A stretch of DNA of 46,004 nucleotides from Octopus bimaculoides (Eukaryota). Below, in pieces: positions 10,305 to 22,620 of this stretch; position 1 is the first letter of the stretch, and every line of letters begins with the position of its first letter. The translations under genes and the position numbers were made by a program. The DNA lies in assembly GCF_001194135.2 (NCBI RefSeq), contig NC_068989.1, positions 11,309,841 to 11,355,844 on the forward strand, written 5' to 3'. Below the pieces are notes generated by a model. That model worked only from the letters and a program-made list of their open reading frames with translations, was not told where the DNA came from and made no database searches.

Positions 10305-10740
10305 TTCTAGAATTACTACAGTGATCTTTGCTTCACTTTGGGACTCTTGAAAGTCAGTAATTTTAGAAGGGAGTAGTTTGTTGATCATCTTAAGTCCTGT
10401 ACTTGAGTGGTACTTTATTTTATCAATAGTTTCATCTTTTGCCTTTATCATTTCATTTACCATAGAACTACTTGCAATGTCATGAAGTGAAACTAGCTTC
10501 TGCAGTTTGCTAGTATCGCCCTCTTGGTGCAACTGGGAGTCGTCTTTCATAGACACATAGTTGGATGGCTGTTGACTCTCATGAGTTCCTCTGCCTTTTG
10601 TTGGGTTTTGTTTTTAGTCCTGCAGGGTGTCCAAAATCACCCTTCTCACCAAGCAAGCTTAGTGGAGTTGGGGTTGCTGGTTTAGTCACCCACAACTCGA
10701 CCATGCAAGATACACAATACAAACTACCTTAACTACACAA
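10305..10740 (-). other. Non-SINE segment containing a 92-aa ORF; possible LINE 5' region remnant or exon
   Basis: Complex sequence; ORF 10278-10556 lacks clean splice boundaries and runs into SINE B. Confidence 0.3.
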
Positions 10741-10742
10741 TA

Positions 10743-10879
10743 TGGCGTTAGGAAGGGCATCCAGCTGTAGAAACTCTGCCAGATCAGATTGGAGCCTGGT
10801 GCAGCCATCTGGTTTGCCAGTCCTCAGTCAAATCGTCCAACCGATGCTAGCATGGAAAGCGGACGTTAAACAATGATGA
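10743..10879 (+). mobile_element. Family F 3' fragment
   Basis: Matches 7615 copy. Confidence 0.88.
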
Positions 10880-10901
10880 AAATAGCTTAAGCCAACCACT
10901 T

Positions 10902-11075
10902 TTAACCCTTTAGCATTTAAACCGGCTAAATCTGGCTCAAATATTCTACATGTTTTACATTCAAATTGGCCATATCTAACCTCTCATACCTGCCCTACAA
11001 TATCATTCTCAAAATAAAAAAATAAACTACCACATCATCAAAACCTCAAAGTTATGAGATAATGCATGATTAATT
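10902..11075 (+). mobile_element. TTAA/piggyBac-type MITE family 1, runs into gap
   Basis: TTAA-CCCTTTAGC start. Confidence 0.8.
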
Positions 11076-11804
11076 NNNNNNNNNNNNNNNNNNNNNNNNN
11101 NNNNNNNNNNNNNNNNNNNNNNNNNNNNNNNNNNNNNNNNNNNNNNNNNNNNNNNNNNNNNNNNNNNNNNNNNNNNNNNNNNNNNNNNNNNNNNNNNNNN
11201 NNNNNNNNNNNNNNNNNNNNNNNNNNNNNNNNNNNNNNNNNNNNNNNNNNNNNNNNNNNNNNNNNNNNNNNNNNNNNNNNNNNNNNNNNNNNNNNNNNNN
11301 NNNNNNNNNNNNNNNNNNNNNNNNNNNNNNNNNNNNNNNNNNNNNNNNNNNNNNNNNNNNNNNNNNNNNNNNNNNNNNNNNNNNNNNNNNNNNNNNNNNN
11401 NNNNNNNNNNNNNNNNNNNNNNNNNNNNNNNNNNNNNNNNNNNNNNNNNNNNNNNNNNNNNNNNNNNNNNNNNNNNNNNNNNNNNNNNNNNNNNNNNNNN
11501 NNNNNNNNNNNNNNNNNNNNNNNNNNNNNNNNNNNNNNNNNNNNNNNNNNNNNNNNNNNNNNNNNNNNNNNNNNNNNNNNNNNNNNNNNNNNNNNNNNNN
11601 NNNNNNNNNNNNNNNNNNNNNNNNNNNNNNNNNNNNNNNNNNNNNNNNNNNNNNNNNNNNNNNNNNNNNNNNNNNNNNNNNNNNNNNNNNNNNNNNNNNN
11701 NNNNNNNNNNNNNNNNNNNNNNNNNNNNNNNNNNNNNNNNNNNNNNNNNNNNNNNNNNNNNNNNNNNNNNNNNNNNNNNNNNNNNNNNNNNNNNNNNNNN
11801 NNNN
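11076..11804. other. Assembly gap
   Basis: N run. Confidence 1.
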
Positions 11805-11864
<60 letters not shown>

Positions 11865-12030
11865 ATGCACACAGTAGGCTTCTTTCAGTTTCTGTGTACC
11901 AAATCCACTCACAAGGTTTTTAGTCAGCCTGCGGTTGCAGCAGATGACACTGGCACGAAAGTGCTGTGCATAGAGATTGAACCCAGGACCAGATGGCTGG
12001 CAAGCAAGCTAGCTTAACCACACAGCCACA
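11805..12030 (-). mobile_element. SINE family A, 5' half, diverged
   Basis: Match to family A head. Confidence 0.8.
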
Positions 12031-12060
12031 TGAGCATCTAGCAAGGAATAATAATAATAA

Positions 12061-12665
12061 TGCAGTACCAGGCAGTGGCTCTCATGGCTTCTGATCTTAA
12101 TTGATTGGAAGTGTTATCATGTACATTGTTTTGTCTAGGTATAAAAGACGGGCTACAACAAATATTCCATTCAATACCACAGATTTGCTTGTCATTTGCT
12201 TGCCCTTAACCAGTTGGGCATGTCCCTTGGTGGCTGACGATATGTGCATCTCTGATCATGAGCAGAAATAGTGGGGGAGCATCATAGCCAATTGTTGAGA
12301 GGAATTCGTTGGGGTTTGAATAATTTACCTTTGGAAACATGGGTGTTTTGCTCAACATCCTTAAACAAACCTTATTCGGGGACCTTTTGAGCAGGATGGG
12401 CTACNNNNNNNNNNCTTAAACAAACCTTATTCGGGGACCTTTTGAGCAGGATGGGCTACTCGACCTGAAGAAAATTCTAGCTGGGCCCCACCTGCGAGGT
12501 CATGCGCTGGTTATCTTGATAGGAGACCACTATGTCGCGCACATGTGGTCGTGATGCATGTTCCTGGTGTACCCTTATCAGACGGGTAGTCATGATGGGT
12601 ATAATGGGCTTCGTATATTTGTACCCCAGTGTCACTTTGATGGCATGCACTGCTCTCTCACTCAA
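12061..12665 (+). mobile_element. ~600-bp non-coding element inserted in (AAT)n; probable non-autonomous retroelement (R4/Dong-associated?)
   Basis: Complex sequence sharply bounded by (AAT)n on both sides; single copy in window; class is inference. Confidence 0.5.
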
Positions 12666-12667
12666 TG

Positions 12668-12729
<62 letters not shown>

Positions 12730-12754
12730 GAATGGTCATTGCTGCTGGAGCACT

Positions 12755-13078
12755 NNNNNNNNNNNNNNNNNNNNNNNNNNNNNNNNNNNNNNNNNNNNNN
12801 NNNNNNNNNNNNNNNNNNNNNNNNNNNNNNNNNNNNNNNNNNNNNNNNNNNNNNNNNNNNNNNNNNNNNNNNNNNNNNNNNNNNNNNNNNNNNNNNNNNN
12901 NNNNNNNNNNNNNNNNNNNNNNNNNNNNNNNNNNNNNNNNNNNNNNNNNNNNNNNNNNNNNNNNNNNNNNNNNNNNNNNNNNNNNNNNNNNNNNNNNNNN
13001 NNNNNNNNNNNNNNNNNNNNNNNNNNNNNNNNNNNNNNNNNNNNNNNNNNNNNNNNNNNNNNNNNNNNNNNNNNNNNN
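12755..13078. other. Assembly gap
   Basis: N run. Confidence 1.
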
Positions 13079-13491
13079 GAGAGAGAGAGAGAGGGGGGGG
13101 GGCTGGTGGGCTGGCTGGCTGGCAGGTAGGTTGGTAGGCAGGTTGGATTGTAGGTGGGTGGGTGGATGGCCTGCTAGTAAGGAACTCAAGATTTTCTACC
13201 TTGGTGTTTTTTAGCATCAACAATAGCTTGCAGGCAAAAAGTAAAAAACAAAAAAACAAAACAAAAACAAAAAAAACAGCAGCAGCAGCAGGCAACTGCT
13301 GCTTCTGGTGCTGCCTGACAACACAACTGATAGGAAAATAAACTGATTAAAGCATTAAAGCAAATGGATGTGCAACACTTATTTATTTATTTAATTATTT
13401 ATTCTTTTATTGACTGGAGGCTTCTTATTTGTTACTCTTATCAAGATTAAACCTTAATCCTCTCATGATACTGAACTGATTTACTCTTCAA

Positions 13492-13492
<1 letters not shown>

Positions 13493-13538
<46 letters not shown>

Positions 13539-13544
13539 GTTTGC

Positions 13545-13626
<82 letters not shown>

Positions 13627-13629
13627 GTA

Positions 13630-13662
<33 letters not shown>

Positions 13663-13678
13663 GTATATCTATCTATCT
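13493..13678. repeat. (ATCT)n microsatellite, interrupted
   Basis: Direct. Confidence 0.97.
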
Positions 13679-13679
13679 A

Positions 13680-13745
13680 GTATTAGGAACATAAATTGTG
13701 ACTAAGGTTTGGTGGAAGATTTTAATTCAAAACTTATGAAAACAA
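13680..13745 (-). mobile_element. Fragment of TTAA MITE family 2
   Basis: Reverse complement of AAAATCTTCCACCAAACCTTAGTCACAATTTATGTTCCTAA seen at 23517 and 23758. Confidence 0.8.
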
Positions 13746-13782
13746 TTAGATTTCTCTATTGAAGTCTAATGTTGGCTCCGTA

Positions 13783-14003
13783 TACTCTGTTACTCTTTTA
13801 CTTGTTTCAGTCTTTTGGCTGTGGTCATGCTGGAGCACCACCTTTAGTCAAGCAAATCGACCCCAGGATTTATTCTTTGGAAGCCTAGTACTTATTCTAT
13901 CAGTCTTTTTTGCTGAACCGCTAAGTTACGGGGACGTAAACACACCCGCATCAGTTGTCAAGCGATGTTGGGGGGACAAACACAGACACACAAACATATA
14001 CAC

Positions 14004-14051
<48 letters not shown>

Positions 14052-14313
14052 GAGAATGTACGAAAAAAGAACAATAACAGACGAGGACAGGTGGTGTAAA
14101 CAACAAAAGGATGTATTAGTTTGACACTCGTATATATATACATATACATATACATATATATATATGACGGGCTTCTTTCAGTTTCCGTCTAAGGCTTTGG
14201 TTGGCCCGAGGCTATAGTAGAAGACACTTGCCCAAGGTGCCACGCAGTGGGACTGAACCCGGAACCATGTGGTTGGTAAGCAAGCTACTTACCACACAGC
14301 CACTCCTATACCT
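13783..14313 (-). mobile_element. SINE family A carrying a nested insertion in its (TA)n
   Basis: Full A structure split by 14050-14130. Confidence 0.9.
14050..14130 (-). mobile_element. 81-bp 3' fragment of the HHR-bearing element at 37808
   Basis: Near identical to 37928-38008 in reverse; (TA)n on both sides. Confidence 0.88.
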
Positions 14314-15535
14314 ATTGTTGATCTGTTTAATCGTTTCTAGTAACAAACCATAATCAGTTCAGTTCCTTAACAAAATCTTTTACAGCAATCTCAACAAGAA
14401 TTTCATTTGCTTATTATTTTCCTTTTTTTTTTTTCTATACCTAAAATTCATAAGTTGGAAATAATCTACACGTGGTCACTTGTGCTTCTTTTACCATTCT
14501 GTCCATTTTATATCTTTATTATTTCACGACTTGAACATTCTAGTTGGTATTTCAATACTAATCTCCAACTTCTGATGCTTTTTTTTTTTTTTTTTTTCCC
14601 CTCTTTTTATTATTTTTTTTTTTGTTATTCGCCATATAATCCTCACTGCTAATGTTACTCTTTAACATTAACACTAAAGCAAACACAGTTCTCCTTTTAA
14701 GCTTGCTTCCTTCACAGACACAAACACACACAAACACACACACACACACATATATATACATGTATATACATATTATATACAGTGTTTTTGTGTGTGTGTA
14801 TGTATATATAATCACATCACATAAAACAGCCAGGCACCAGAGAAGCAAAAAAAGATTAATACAAACATATACATACATACGCATATCTGTCTACAAAATA
14901 GAAGCATTTTATTCTGATGGCCGCTCATTAGTGATGATAACTAACTAAATCTTAAATCCTACTTGTGCTTGCTGGGGTAGGAGGATTTTGCTCATGGTAA
15001 ACATTTGGCCTTTTTTTGCTTTTGTTTTATTTATATATATTTTTTTAAAAATATTTTTCCCAATCCAAAGCAAATGTTTTCTCTCCAACCTGCTAGAATA
15101 TTCTTACCCACTTGAAGTCATCCAATAATTCCAAAGCAAAATAAAAGCAAAGAATTTTTTTTCCCCTCTACTCTGTTATCAAACTGAAGAGTTTAAAGCT
15201 TAAATTAATTACTTTCAATTAAAGTTCCTGACTTGTTTTTTTTCTTTTTCTTTTTTCTTTTTACACAATTAAAAAATAAGAGAAAGATTTCAACCTTCAT
15301 TTGTAATTCCTGTTTAACCGAAGTAATCCAACAGGTCCATACTTCCTTCCCCTGGCAACTTCCTCATGTAGGATAGGTATAATTGCATTCACAATTACCT
15401 TTTCAATTCTTGTTATTTCAAAAACTTAGGAACATTTATTTGGGGACTTGCTGTTGATATGAGACCCACCTAGAAGAATAGTTAGCATGCTAAGCAAAAT
15501 GCTTAGCGGCATTTCATCCGTCTTTATGTTCTGAA

Positions 15536-15737
15536 TACTCTCTTTTACTCTTTTCAGTCATTTGACTGTGGCCATGCTGGAGCACTGCCTTTAGTTGAGC
15601 AAATCGAAGACTAGTACTTATTCTATCGGTCTCTTTTGCCGAACCGCTAGGTTATGGGGACGTAAACACACCAGCATCGGTTGTCAAGCGATGCTTGGGG
15701 GGACAAACATAGACACACAAACTATACACACACACAC

Positions 15738-15774
<37 letters not shown>

Positions 15775-15933
15775 CGACGGGCTTCTTTCAGTTTCTGCCT
15801 ACCAAATCCACTCACAAGGCTTTGGTTGGCCCGAGGCTATAGTAGAAGACACTTGCCCAAGGTGCCACACAGTGGGACTGAACCCAGAACCATGTAGTTG
15901 GTAAACAAGCTACTTACTACACAGTCACTCCTG
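15536..15933 (-). mobile_element. SINE family A (abuts a truncated B head at 15478-15534)
   Basis: Match to family A. Confidence 0.9.
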
Positions 15934-15998
15934 TTTAATATCTTTTACATTGTGGTTTAACTTTTATAGAAACAGAACATGTCAAAAAGGGAAGAAAG

Positions 15999-16260
15999 TC
16001 ATCATCATCATCATCATCATCATCATCACTATCATCATCATCATCATCATCATCACTATCATCATCATATTTTTAATGTTCACTTTTCTATGCTTAAACG
16101 AGTCAGATGGAATTTGTTGAGATAGATTTCCTATGGCTGGATGCCTTTCCTATCACCAACCATCACCTCTTTCCAAGCGAGGTAATATTTCCCCATGACC
16201 AGACATGTTTTCAAAGAAGATTCGAAACAAAAGATGCTTGTATTATGTCAGTGACACCCA
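15999..16260 (-). mobile_element. Family I (F-related 3' end) with (GAT)n tail
   Basis: Reverse of the copy at 45663. Confidence 0.7.
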
Positions 16261-16289
16261 CATATAGCGACAAAGAGACAGCAATGCAC

Positions 16290-16886
16290 GCACGCACATG
16301 CTCACACACGCATGCACACACACACACACACACATGCACGCATGCACACAAACACACACACACAACAGGCATCTTTCAGTTTCTGCTTAGCAAGTCCACT
16401 CACAAATCTTTGGTCAGTGCTGGTCTATAGTAGAAGGCACTTACCTAAAGTTAAGGCGCATGGCTCAGTGGTTAGAGCGTCAGGCTTCCACTCTTGAGGT
16501 TGTGAGTTCAATTCCTAGATGGAGCTATGTGTTGTGTTCTTGAGCAAGACACTCTTAATTCATGTTGCTCCAGTTCACGCAGCTGTAGAAATGAATTGCA
16601 ACGTCACTGATGCCAAACTGTATTGGCCTTTGCCTTTCTCTTGGACAATATTGGTGACATGGAGAGGGGAGGCCGGTATGCATGGGCGACTGCTGGTCTT
16701 CCATAAACAACCTTGCCGAGACTTGTCTGGACTTGTGCCTTTCTAGGTGCAGTTCCATGGTCATCTGTGACCGAAGGGGGGTGCCTTCACCCTTGACCTT
16801 TCATCTAAAGTGCTACGCAGGGGAGACCGAACCTGAAACAATGTGGTTGGGAAGCGAGCTTTTACCACACAGCTACTCCTGCACCT
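16290..16886 (-). mobile_element. SINE family A host split by a family C insertion
   Basis: A sequence resumes after 16811. Confidence 0.8.
16452..16804 (+). mobile_element. SINE family C with 7-bp TSD CTAAAGT
   Basis: TSD at 16445-16451 and 16805-16811. Confidence 0.88.
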
Positions 16887-17143
16887 GTGGAGGCGCAATG
16901 GCCCAGTGGTTAGAGCAGCGGACTCGCGATCATAGGATCGTGGTTTCGATTCCCTGACCAGGCGTTGTGAGTGTTTATTGAGCGAAAACACCTAAAAGCT
17001 CCACAAGGCTCCGGCAGGGGATGGTGGCGAACCCTGCTGTACTCTTTCTCTCACTCTTACTTCCTGTTTCTGTTGTGCCTGTAATTCAAAGGGTCAGCCT
17101 TGTCACACTCCGTGTCACGCTGAATATCCCTGAGAACTACATT
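16887..17143 (+). mobile_element. SINE family D, runs into gap
   Basis: TGGCCCAGTGGTTAG (A box), GGTTTCGATTCC (B box); full copy at 33611. Confidence 0.9.
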
Positions 17144-18034
17144 NNNNNNNNNNNNNNNNNNNNNNNNNNNNNNNNNNNNNNNNNNNNNNNNNNNNNNNNN
17201 NNNNNNNNNNNNNNNNNNNNNNNNNNNNNNNNNNNNNNNNNNNNNNNNNNNNNNNNNNNNNNNNNNNNNNNNNNNNNNNNNNNNNNNNNNNNNNNNNNNN
17301 NNNNNNNNNNNNNNNNNNNNNNNNNNNNNNNNNNNNNNNNNNNNNNNNNNNNNNNNNNNNNNNNNNNNNNNNNNNNNNNNNNNNNNNNNNNNNNNNNNNN
17401 NNNNNNNNNNNNNNNNNNNNNNNNNNNNNNNNNNNNNNNNNNNNNNNNNNNNNNNNNNNNNNNNNNNNNNNNNNNNNNNNNNNNNNNNNNNNNNNNNNNN
17501 NNNNNNNNNNNNNNNNNNNNNNNNNNNNNNNNNNNNNNNNNNNNNNNNNNNNNNNNNNNNNNNNNNNNNNNNNNNNNNNNNNNNNNNNNNNNNNNNNNNN
17601 NNNNNNNNNNNNNNNNNNNNNNNNNNNNNNNNNNNNNNNNNNNNNNNNNNNNNNNNNNNNNNNNNNNNNNNNNNNNNNNNNNNNNNNNNNNNNNNNNNNN
17701 NNNNNNNNNNNNNNNNNNNNNNNNNNNNNNNNNNNNNNNNNNNNNNNNNNNNNNNNNNNNNNNNNNNNNNNNNNNNNNNNNNNNNNNNNNNNNNNNNNNN
17801 NNNNNNNNNNNNNNNNNNNNNNNNNNNNNNNNNNNNNNNNNNNNNNNNNNNNNNNNNNNNNNNNNNNNNNNNNNNNNNNNNNNNNNNNNNNNNNNNNNNN
17901 NNNNNNNNNNNNNNNNNNNNNNNNNNNNNNNNNNNNNNNNNNNNNNNNNNNNNNNNNNNNNNNNNNNNNNNNNNNNNNNNNNNNNNNNNNNNNNNNNNNN
18001 NNNNNNNNNNNNNNNNNNNNNNNNNNNNNNNNNN
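17144..18034. other. Assembly gap
   Basis: N run. Confidence 1.
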
Positions 18035-18095
18035 GTATGTGCATGTATATATATCATCATCATCATCTAACGTCTGCTTTTCATGCTAGCATGGG

Positions 18096-18103
18096 TATAT
18101 ATT

Positions 18104-18156
<53 letters not shown>

Positions 18157-18345
18157 TTATATTTATATATATACATACACATATACATACATATATTTAT
18201 GTATATGTATGTATATATATATATATGTGTATGTGTGTAGCTATATATACATATATATATATGTGTGTGTATATATATATTTGCATTTGTATATCTATAT
18301 CTATATATTTACACACACACACATACACACACACGTGTGTGTGTG
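18096..18345. repeat. (TA)n/(CA)n low-complexity tract
   Basis: Direct. Confidence 0.95.
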
Positions 18346-18798
18346 TGTCCCACTTGACAACCGGTGTCGGTTTGTTTACATTTCTGTAACTTAGTGGTGT
18401 CATGAAACCACTAATAAATGACCAAAGCAAATATAAAAAAATAAAAGCCTAGATTAGTCTTCATTTGAATCTTTTTGTAATTTACCGAGTTTTATGATTT
18501 TAATTGCTCTTAATGGTGACTGTCAGCAATTCAAAACTAGTAGGTTACTTGTGTGGAGTAGGGTTGTTGTGAGGAAAGTAAGAAACAGTTATTGTTTCAG
18601 AATTAAGTGTATTCCATCCATGACAATCCTGTCTTATTAGGGGTGTCTAGAAACATGTTAGCCAGTATGTGTCATTCCTCTTTTTTATATATTTTTTTTC
18701 TAATTAAATACCAAATTGTGGTCAACCCTTTTGATATCAGGTTATCTCAGACCATCCTTGCTCCTTCGATATAGACCTGTTTTTATGTTTTCATATAA

Positions 18799-19030
18799 GT
18801 GGAGTCACATGGCTTGGTGGTTAGGGTGTTGGACTCATGATTATGAGATTGCAGTTTCGATTCCTGGACCAGACAATGCATTATGTTCTTATGCCAAACA
18901 CTTCATTTCACTTTGCTCCAGTCCACTCAGCTAACAAAGGTGAGTTATCCTACAGTGGACTAGCGTCCCATCCAGGGTGGGGGGAATATATACGCCAGAG
19001 AAACCAGGAAACTGGCCTTATGCTCCTTAC
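18799..19030 (+). mobile_element. SINE family E, diverged
   Basis: Matches 880 and 40882 copies. Confidence 0.8.
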
Positions 19031-19295
19031 GGACAAACCATCTTAAAATCGAACAAGTTATTTAATTAAATCCTTCCAAATTCTTGATTGTTTTCGAAAT
19101 TAATTGAAACACATGGTGTATTTCATTAGAGATATGGTAATGAATAATGTTTTCGGGGATATTTGGCTGCTATTTCTAGCAGATTGAGTGGCTCCCCTGA
19201 TAGTTCTTGGAAAGAATAAGTGAATGAAAATTACATAAGGCATTATTCCACTCTTTGAAATAGTTTATGTCTTAAAGTCAGTTGAAGTTATTTAA

Positions 19296-19353
19296 ACACG
19301 CACACATATATATACATGTGTACGCATGGACACATATGGATGTCTTCATATGC

Positions 19354-19394
<41 letters not shown>

Positions 19395-19782
19395 CGCACA
19401 TACATGTGCACAGTTTCACACAGACAACAGATGCACACACTTATATTAACACCATGCATACATATGCATATACAAATACAAATACCAAACCTGTACATGC
19501 ATATATATGTACACACACACACACACACAAACATATGCACCAATCACATGCGCACATACATACACACAGACACACACACACAGATCAACCACACATACCC
19601 AGAGTGGTTTCTAATCATGTAACCCCTCCCCCCTATTATTCACATGGCAGATGTTCAAAAGAATTTTCTTTGTAACGTTCCACTAGCCAACCATATAACT
19701 TCACGTAGCGTGCCTTCACTCCGCACCCACCATTCTCACACCCTCGCACAGAATACAAGACAGCGCCATATATCATACAAGT

Positions 19783-19831
<49 letters not shown>

Positions 19832-19841
19832 NNNNNNNNNN

Positions 19842-19886
<45 letters not shown>

Positions 19887-19930
19887 AAACACGTTCAGCC
19901 ACAGACATTCATACACACACATATTCACAT
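19296..19930. repeat. (CA)n-rich degenerate microsatellite region
   Basis: Direct; includes 10-N gap at 19832-19841. Confidence 0.85.
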
Positions 19931-20568
19931 ACATGGTGTATTATATTCTTAAGAACTTTTTGTTGAACAAAAGTTGAACATTGGTTAGTCAGGTGCTACT
20001 TTTAGTTACACAAGTGTGCTGAGTTACTTTGCTTTCTCTCTCTCCATGATCGAGGTTTCAAATCATTTTAGATCAGGGCTTGGCGAACAGGGGCAAATTA
20101 CTTCAAGTGAGGTAAAAATGAAATTCTTGGAGGTAATGAGGACTCATTTGTAAAATTATAGGAAAAACATGTTCCTTGTTACGACATATTTTTCTCCTGG
20201 TATGAGGCAGCAGGGAAAAAGTTGCTGCCTTTTGCAACAACCTACCTTTGAGAACAAGGATTTTCCACTCAAAAAACAAAGCAGAGTAATCAATTGGATC
20301 CCGAAGACTGAATCCAAATTGCTCTGGCATCAAAATTCCCCAGTTTTGATGTCATTGTAACAAAAACGAAACATCACTTCTTCAAGACCTGAAGTAAAAA
20401 TGTTTCTAGAAAAATCCTTTTCTTTCATAATGAGGATATTAATTTTATTGCCTTTGTTTTATATTTTTTATATTTATAATTGTATTCTCCATTCAAATAA
20501 AAAAAAAAATTTTTATGCGCCCTTTTAAAGCCTAGCAAGGCTCATGGGCCCGGTTTCCTAGTTACTAT

Positions 20569-21039
20569 GGCGAAATGCTTGGTGGTATTTCGCCCATCAC
20601 TACATTCTGAGTTCACATTCCGCCTAGGTCAACTTTGCCTTTCATACTTTTGGGATTGATAAATTAAATACCAGTTGTGAGCTGGGAGTTGATCTAATCG
20701 ACTGTCCTCCACCCTGGAAATTTCAGGCCTTGTGCCTATAATAGAAAGGATTATTATTATTATTAACATGGTGGTGGGCTGGCAGAATCATTAGTGCGCC
20801 AGATGAAATGCTTAGTGGTATTTTGCCTGTCATCACGTTCTGAGTTCAAATTCCGCTGAGGCCGACTTTGCTTTTCATCCTTTTGGGTTCGATAAACTAA
20901 GTACCAGTGAAACACTGGGGTCAATGTAATTGACTAGTCTCCCCCCCACCTCCTCCGGATTTCAGGCCTTGTGCCTTTAGAAGAAAGGATTATTATCATT
21001 ATTATTATTATTATTGTTATTATTATTGTTGTTGTTGTT

Positions 21040-21077
<38 letters not shown>

Positions 21078-21321
21078 TATTATGGCAGTGATCTGGCAGA
21101 TTTGTTACCATACTGGGCAAAATGCTTAGCGGTATTTCACTCGTTGCTGCGTTCTGAGTTCAAATTCCGCCGAGGTCGTCTTTGCCTTTCATCCATTCAG
21201 AGTTGATAAAGTATGTACCAGTGAAACACTGGGGGTTGATGTAATTGACTAATCCCCTCCCCCCAAATTTCAGGCCTTATGCCTATAATACAAAGGATTA
21301 TTATTATTATTATCATCATCA

Positions 21322-21388
<67 letters not shown>

Positions 21389-21440
21389 GTTAAGGATGAG
21401 GGTGGTGGACTAGCAGAATTGTTAGAATGTCAGACAAAAA
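20569..21440 (+). mobile_element. Cluster of 3-4 SINE family B copies separated by (ATT)/(ATC)n
   Basis: Units near 20569, 20768, 21083, 21400. Confidence 0.85.
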
Positions 21441-21703
21441 AACTCTGGGTTACACATGGCCACTCCTTGCTGAAATGTTTGAGGTACTCTAAAGATATTA
21501 ATGTTTATATAGTGTGTGTGTGTGTGTGGTTTGGATATGTTCTTCATGGAAAGATAGGATTCAGTTTGGGTCCTTAAGAGTTGGTTTCTCTACTCTGGTC
21601 TCCAGTATTTATTCTGTGTCTCACACACTGTCAAATGAACCATAATGTGTATCAGCTTTTGTTTAGTGTTATAACTCTAGTTCAGAATTAAGTGTTGCCT
21701 TAC

Positions 21704-21736
21704 ATATGGCGCTGTCTGTAGTTACATTGTCTGATA
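21704..21736 (-). other. Candidate 33-nt micro-exon
   Basis: CTTCCTCTCACAG acceptor, AT|GTAAGG donor, open in two frames. Confidence 0.2.
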
Positions 21737-21969
21737 CTGTGAGAGGAAGTCTCAAGAAATATTACCTCTATCTCATCTCCCCCTCTTCCTCCTCACCAAG
21801 TTTGTGTTGAGGATCTAGTGTTGATAAAATTGAGGGCAAGGTTACATAGTGCTTGAATTTCTAACATAACCACAAGTATGCCGCAAGTTTTGCAAGCCAA
21901 TAAAAGACTTTTTGAATTTAAAGCATAACTGCTCTATGTATTAGTCAGACATTTCCATCCTCAAATTAT

Positions 21970-22250
21970 CGAAATGCTGAGCGGTACTTCGTCTGTACTT
22001 CCACCAAGGTCGACTTTGCCTTTCATCCTTTTGGGGTTGATAAATTAAGTACCAGTTGTGTTATTTATCACCACTTGGCAACTTGTGTTGGTGTGTCTAC
22101 GTTCCCATAGCTTAGCAGTTCAGCAAAAGACACCATTAGAATAACTTCTAGGGTTTTTAAATAAAAAAATCCTCTTGGATAAAACCCTTCACAGCAGTGC
22201 TCCAGCATGGCCGCTGTCAGATGACTTGAAACAAGTAAAAGGATAAAAGA
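21970..22250 (+). mobile_element. Fused B fragment and A 3' fragment
   Basis: Matches to both families. Confidence 0.75.
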
Positions 22251-22440
22251 ATATATATATTTATATATATATATAAAAGACCATATGGGGTCTACTTCTA
22301 GAATATTGGATGTCCACTTAGTGGTCATCCCTCTTATATGTATGTAATATAATTTTTCTGAGTCTTCAGATTTTTTCAACATGCTAGGCCACTGGTTTAA
22401 ATTGATATTAATCTAATTAATATTCAATTTTTTGCCCTTA

Positions 22441-22483
<43 letters not shown>

Positions 22484-22523
22484 GAGTTTATGCTGTGAAC
22501 TGCAGTAGCAATGATAGCAGTAC

Positions 22524-22620
22524 TGCAAAATTGATGATTGCTTTTCTAAGTTCAGATTTTCCTCTGGGTTTGCCTCCATGATGGAAATGCAAAGCTGTCT
22601 AGCTGCCTCTGTAGATTGAA
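22524..22620 (-). other. Candidate 97-nt exon (QSTEAARQLCISIMEANPEENLNLEKQSSIL)
   Basis: Long poly-Y plus CCAG acceptor; weak donor GTACTG. Confidence 0.17.

Noticed and set aside
12234-12300. CTGACGA...GAAA hammerhead-like spacing
   Set aside because: Stem II, stem III and stem I cannot be paired in register.
12360-12459. 45-bp direct repeat around a 10-N gap
   Set aside because: Contig-overlap scaffolding artefact.
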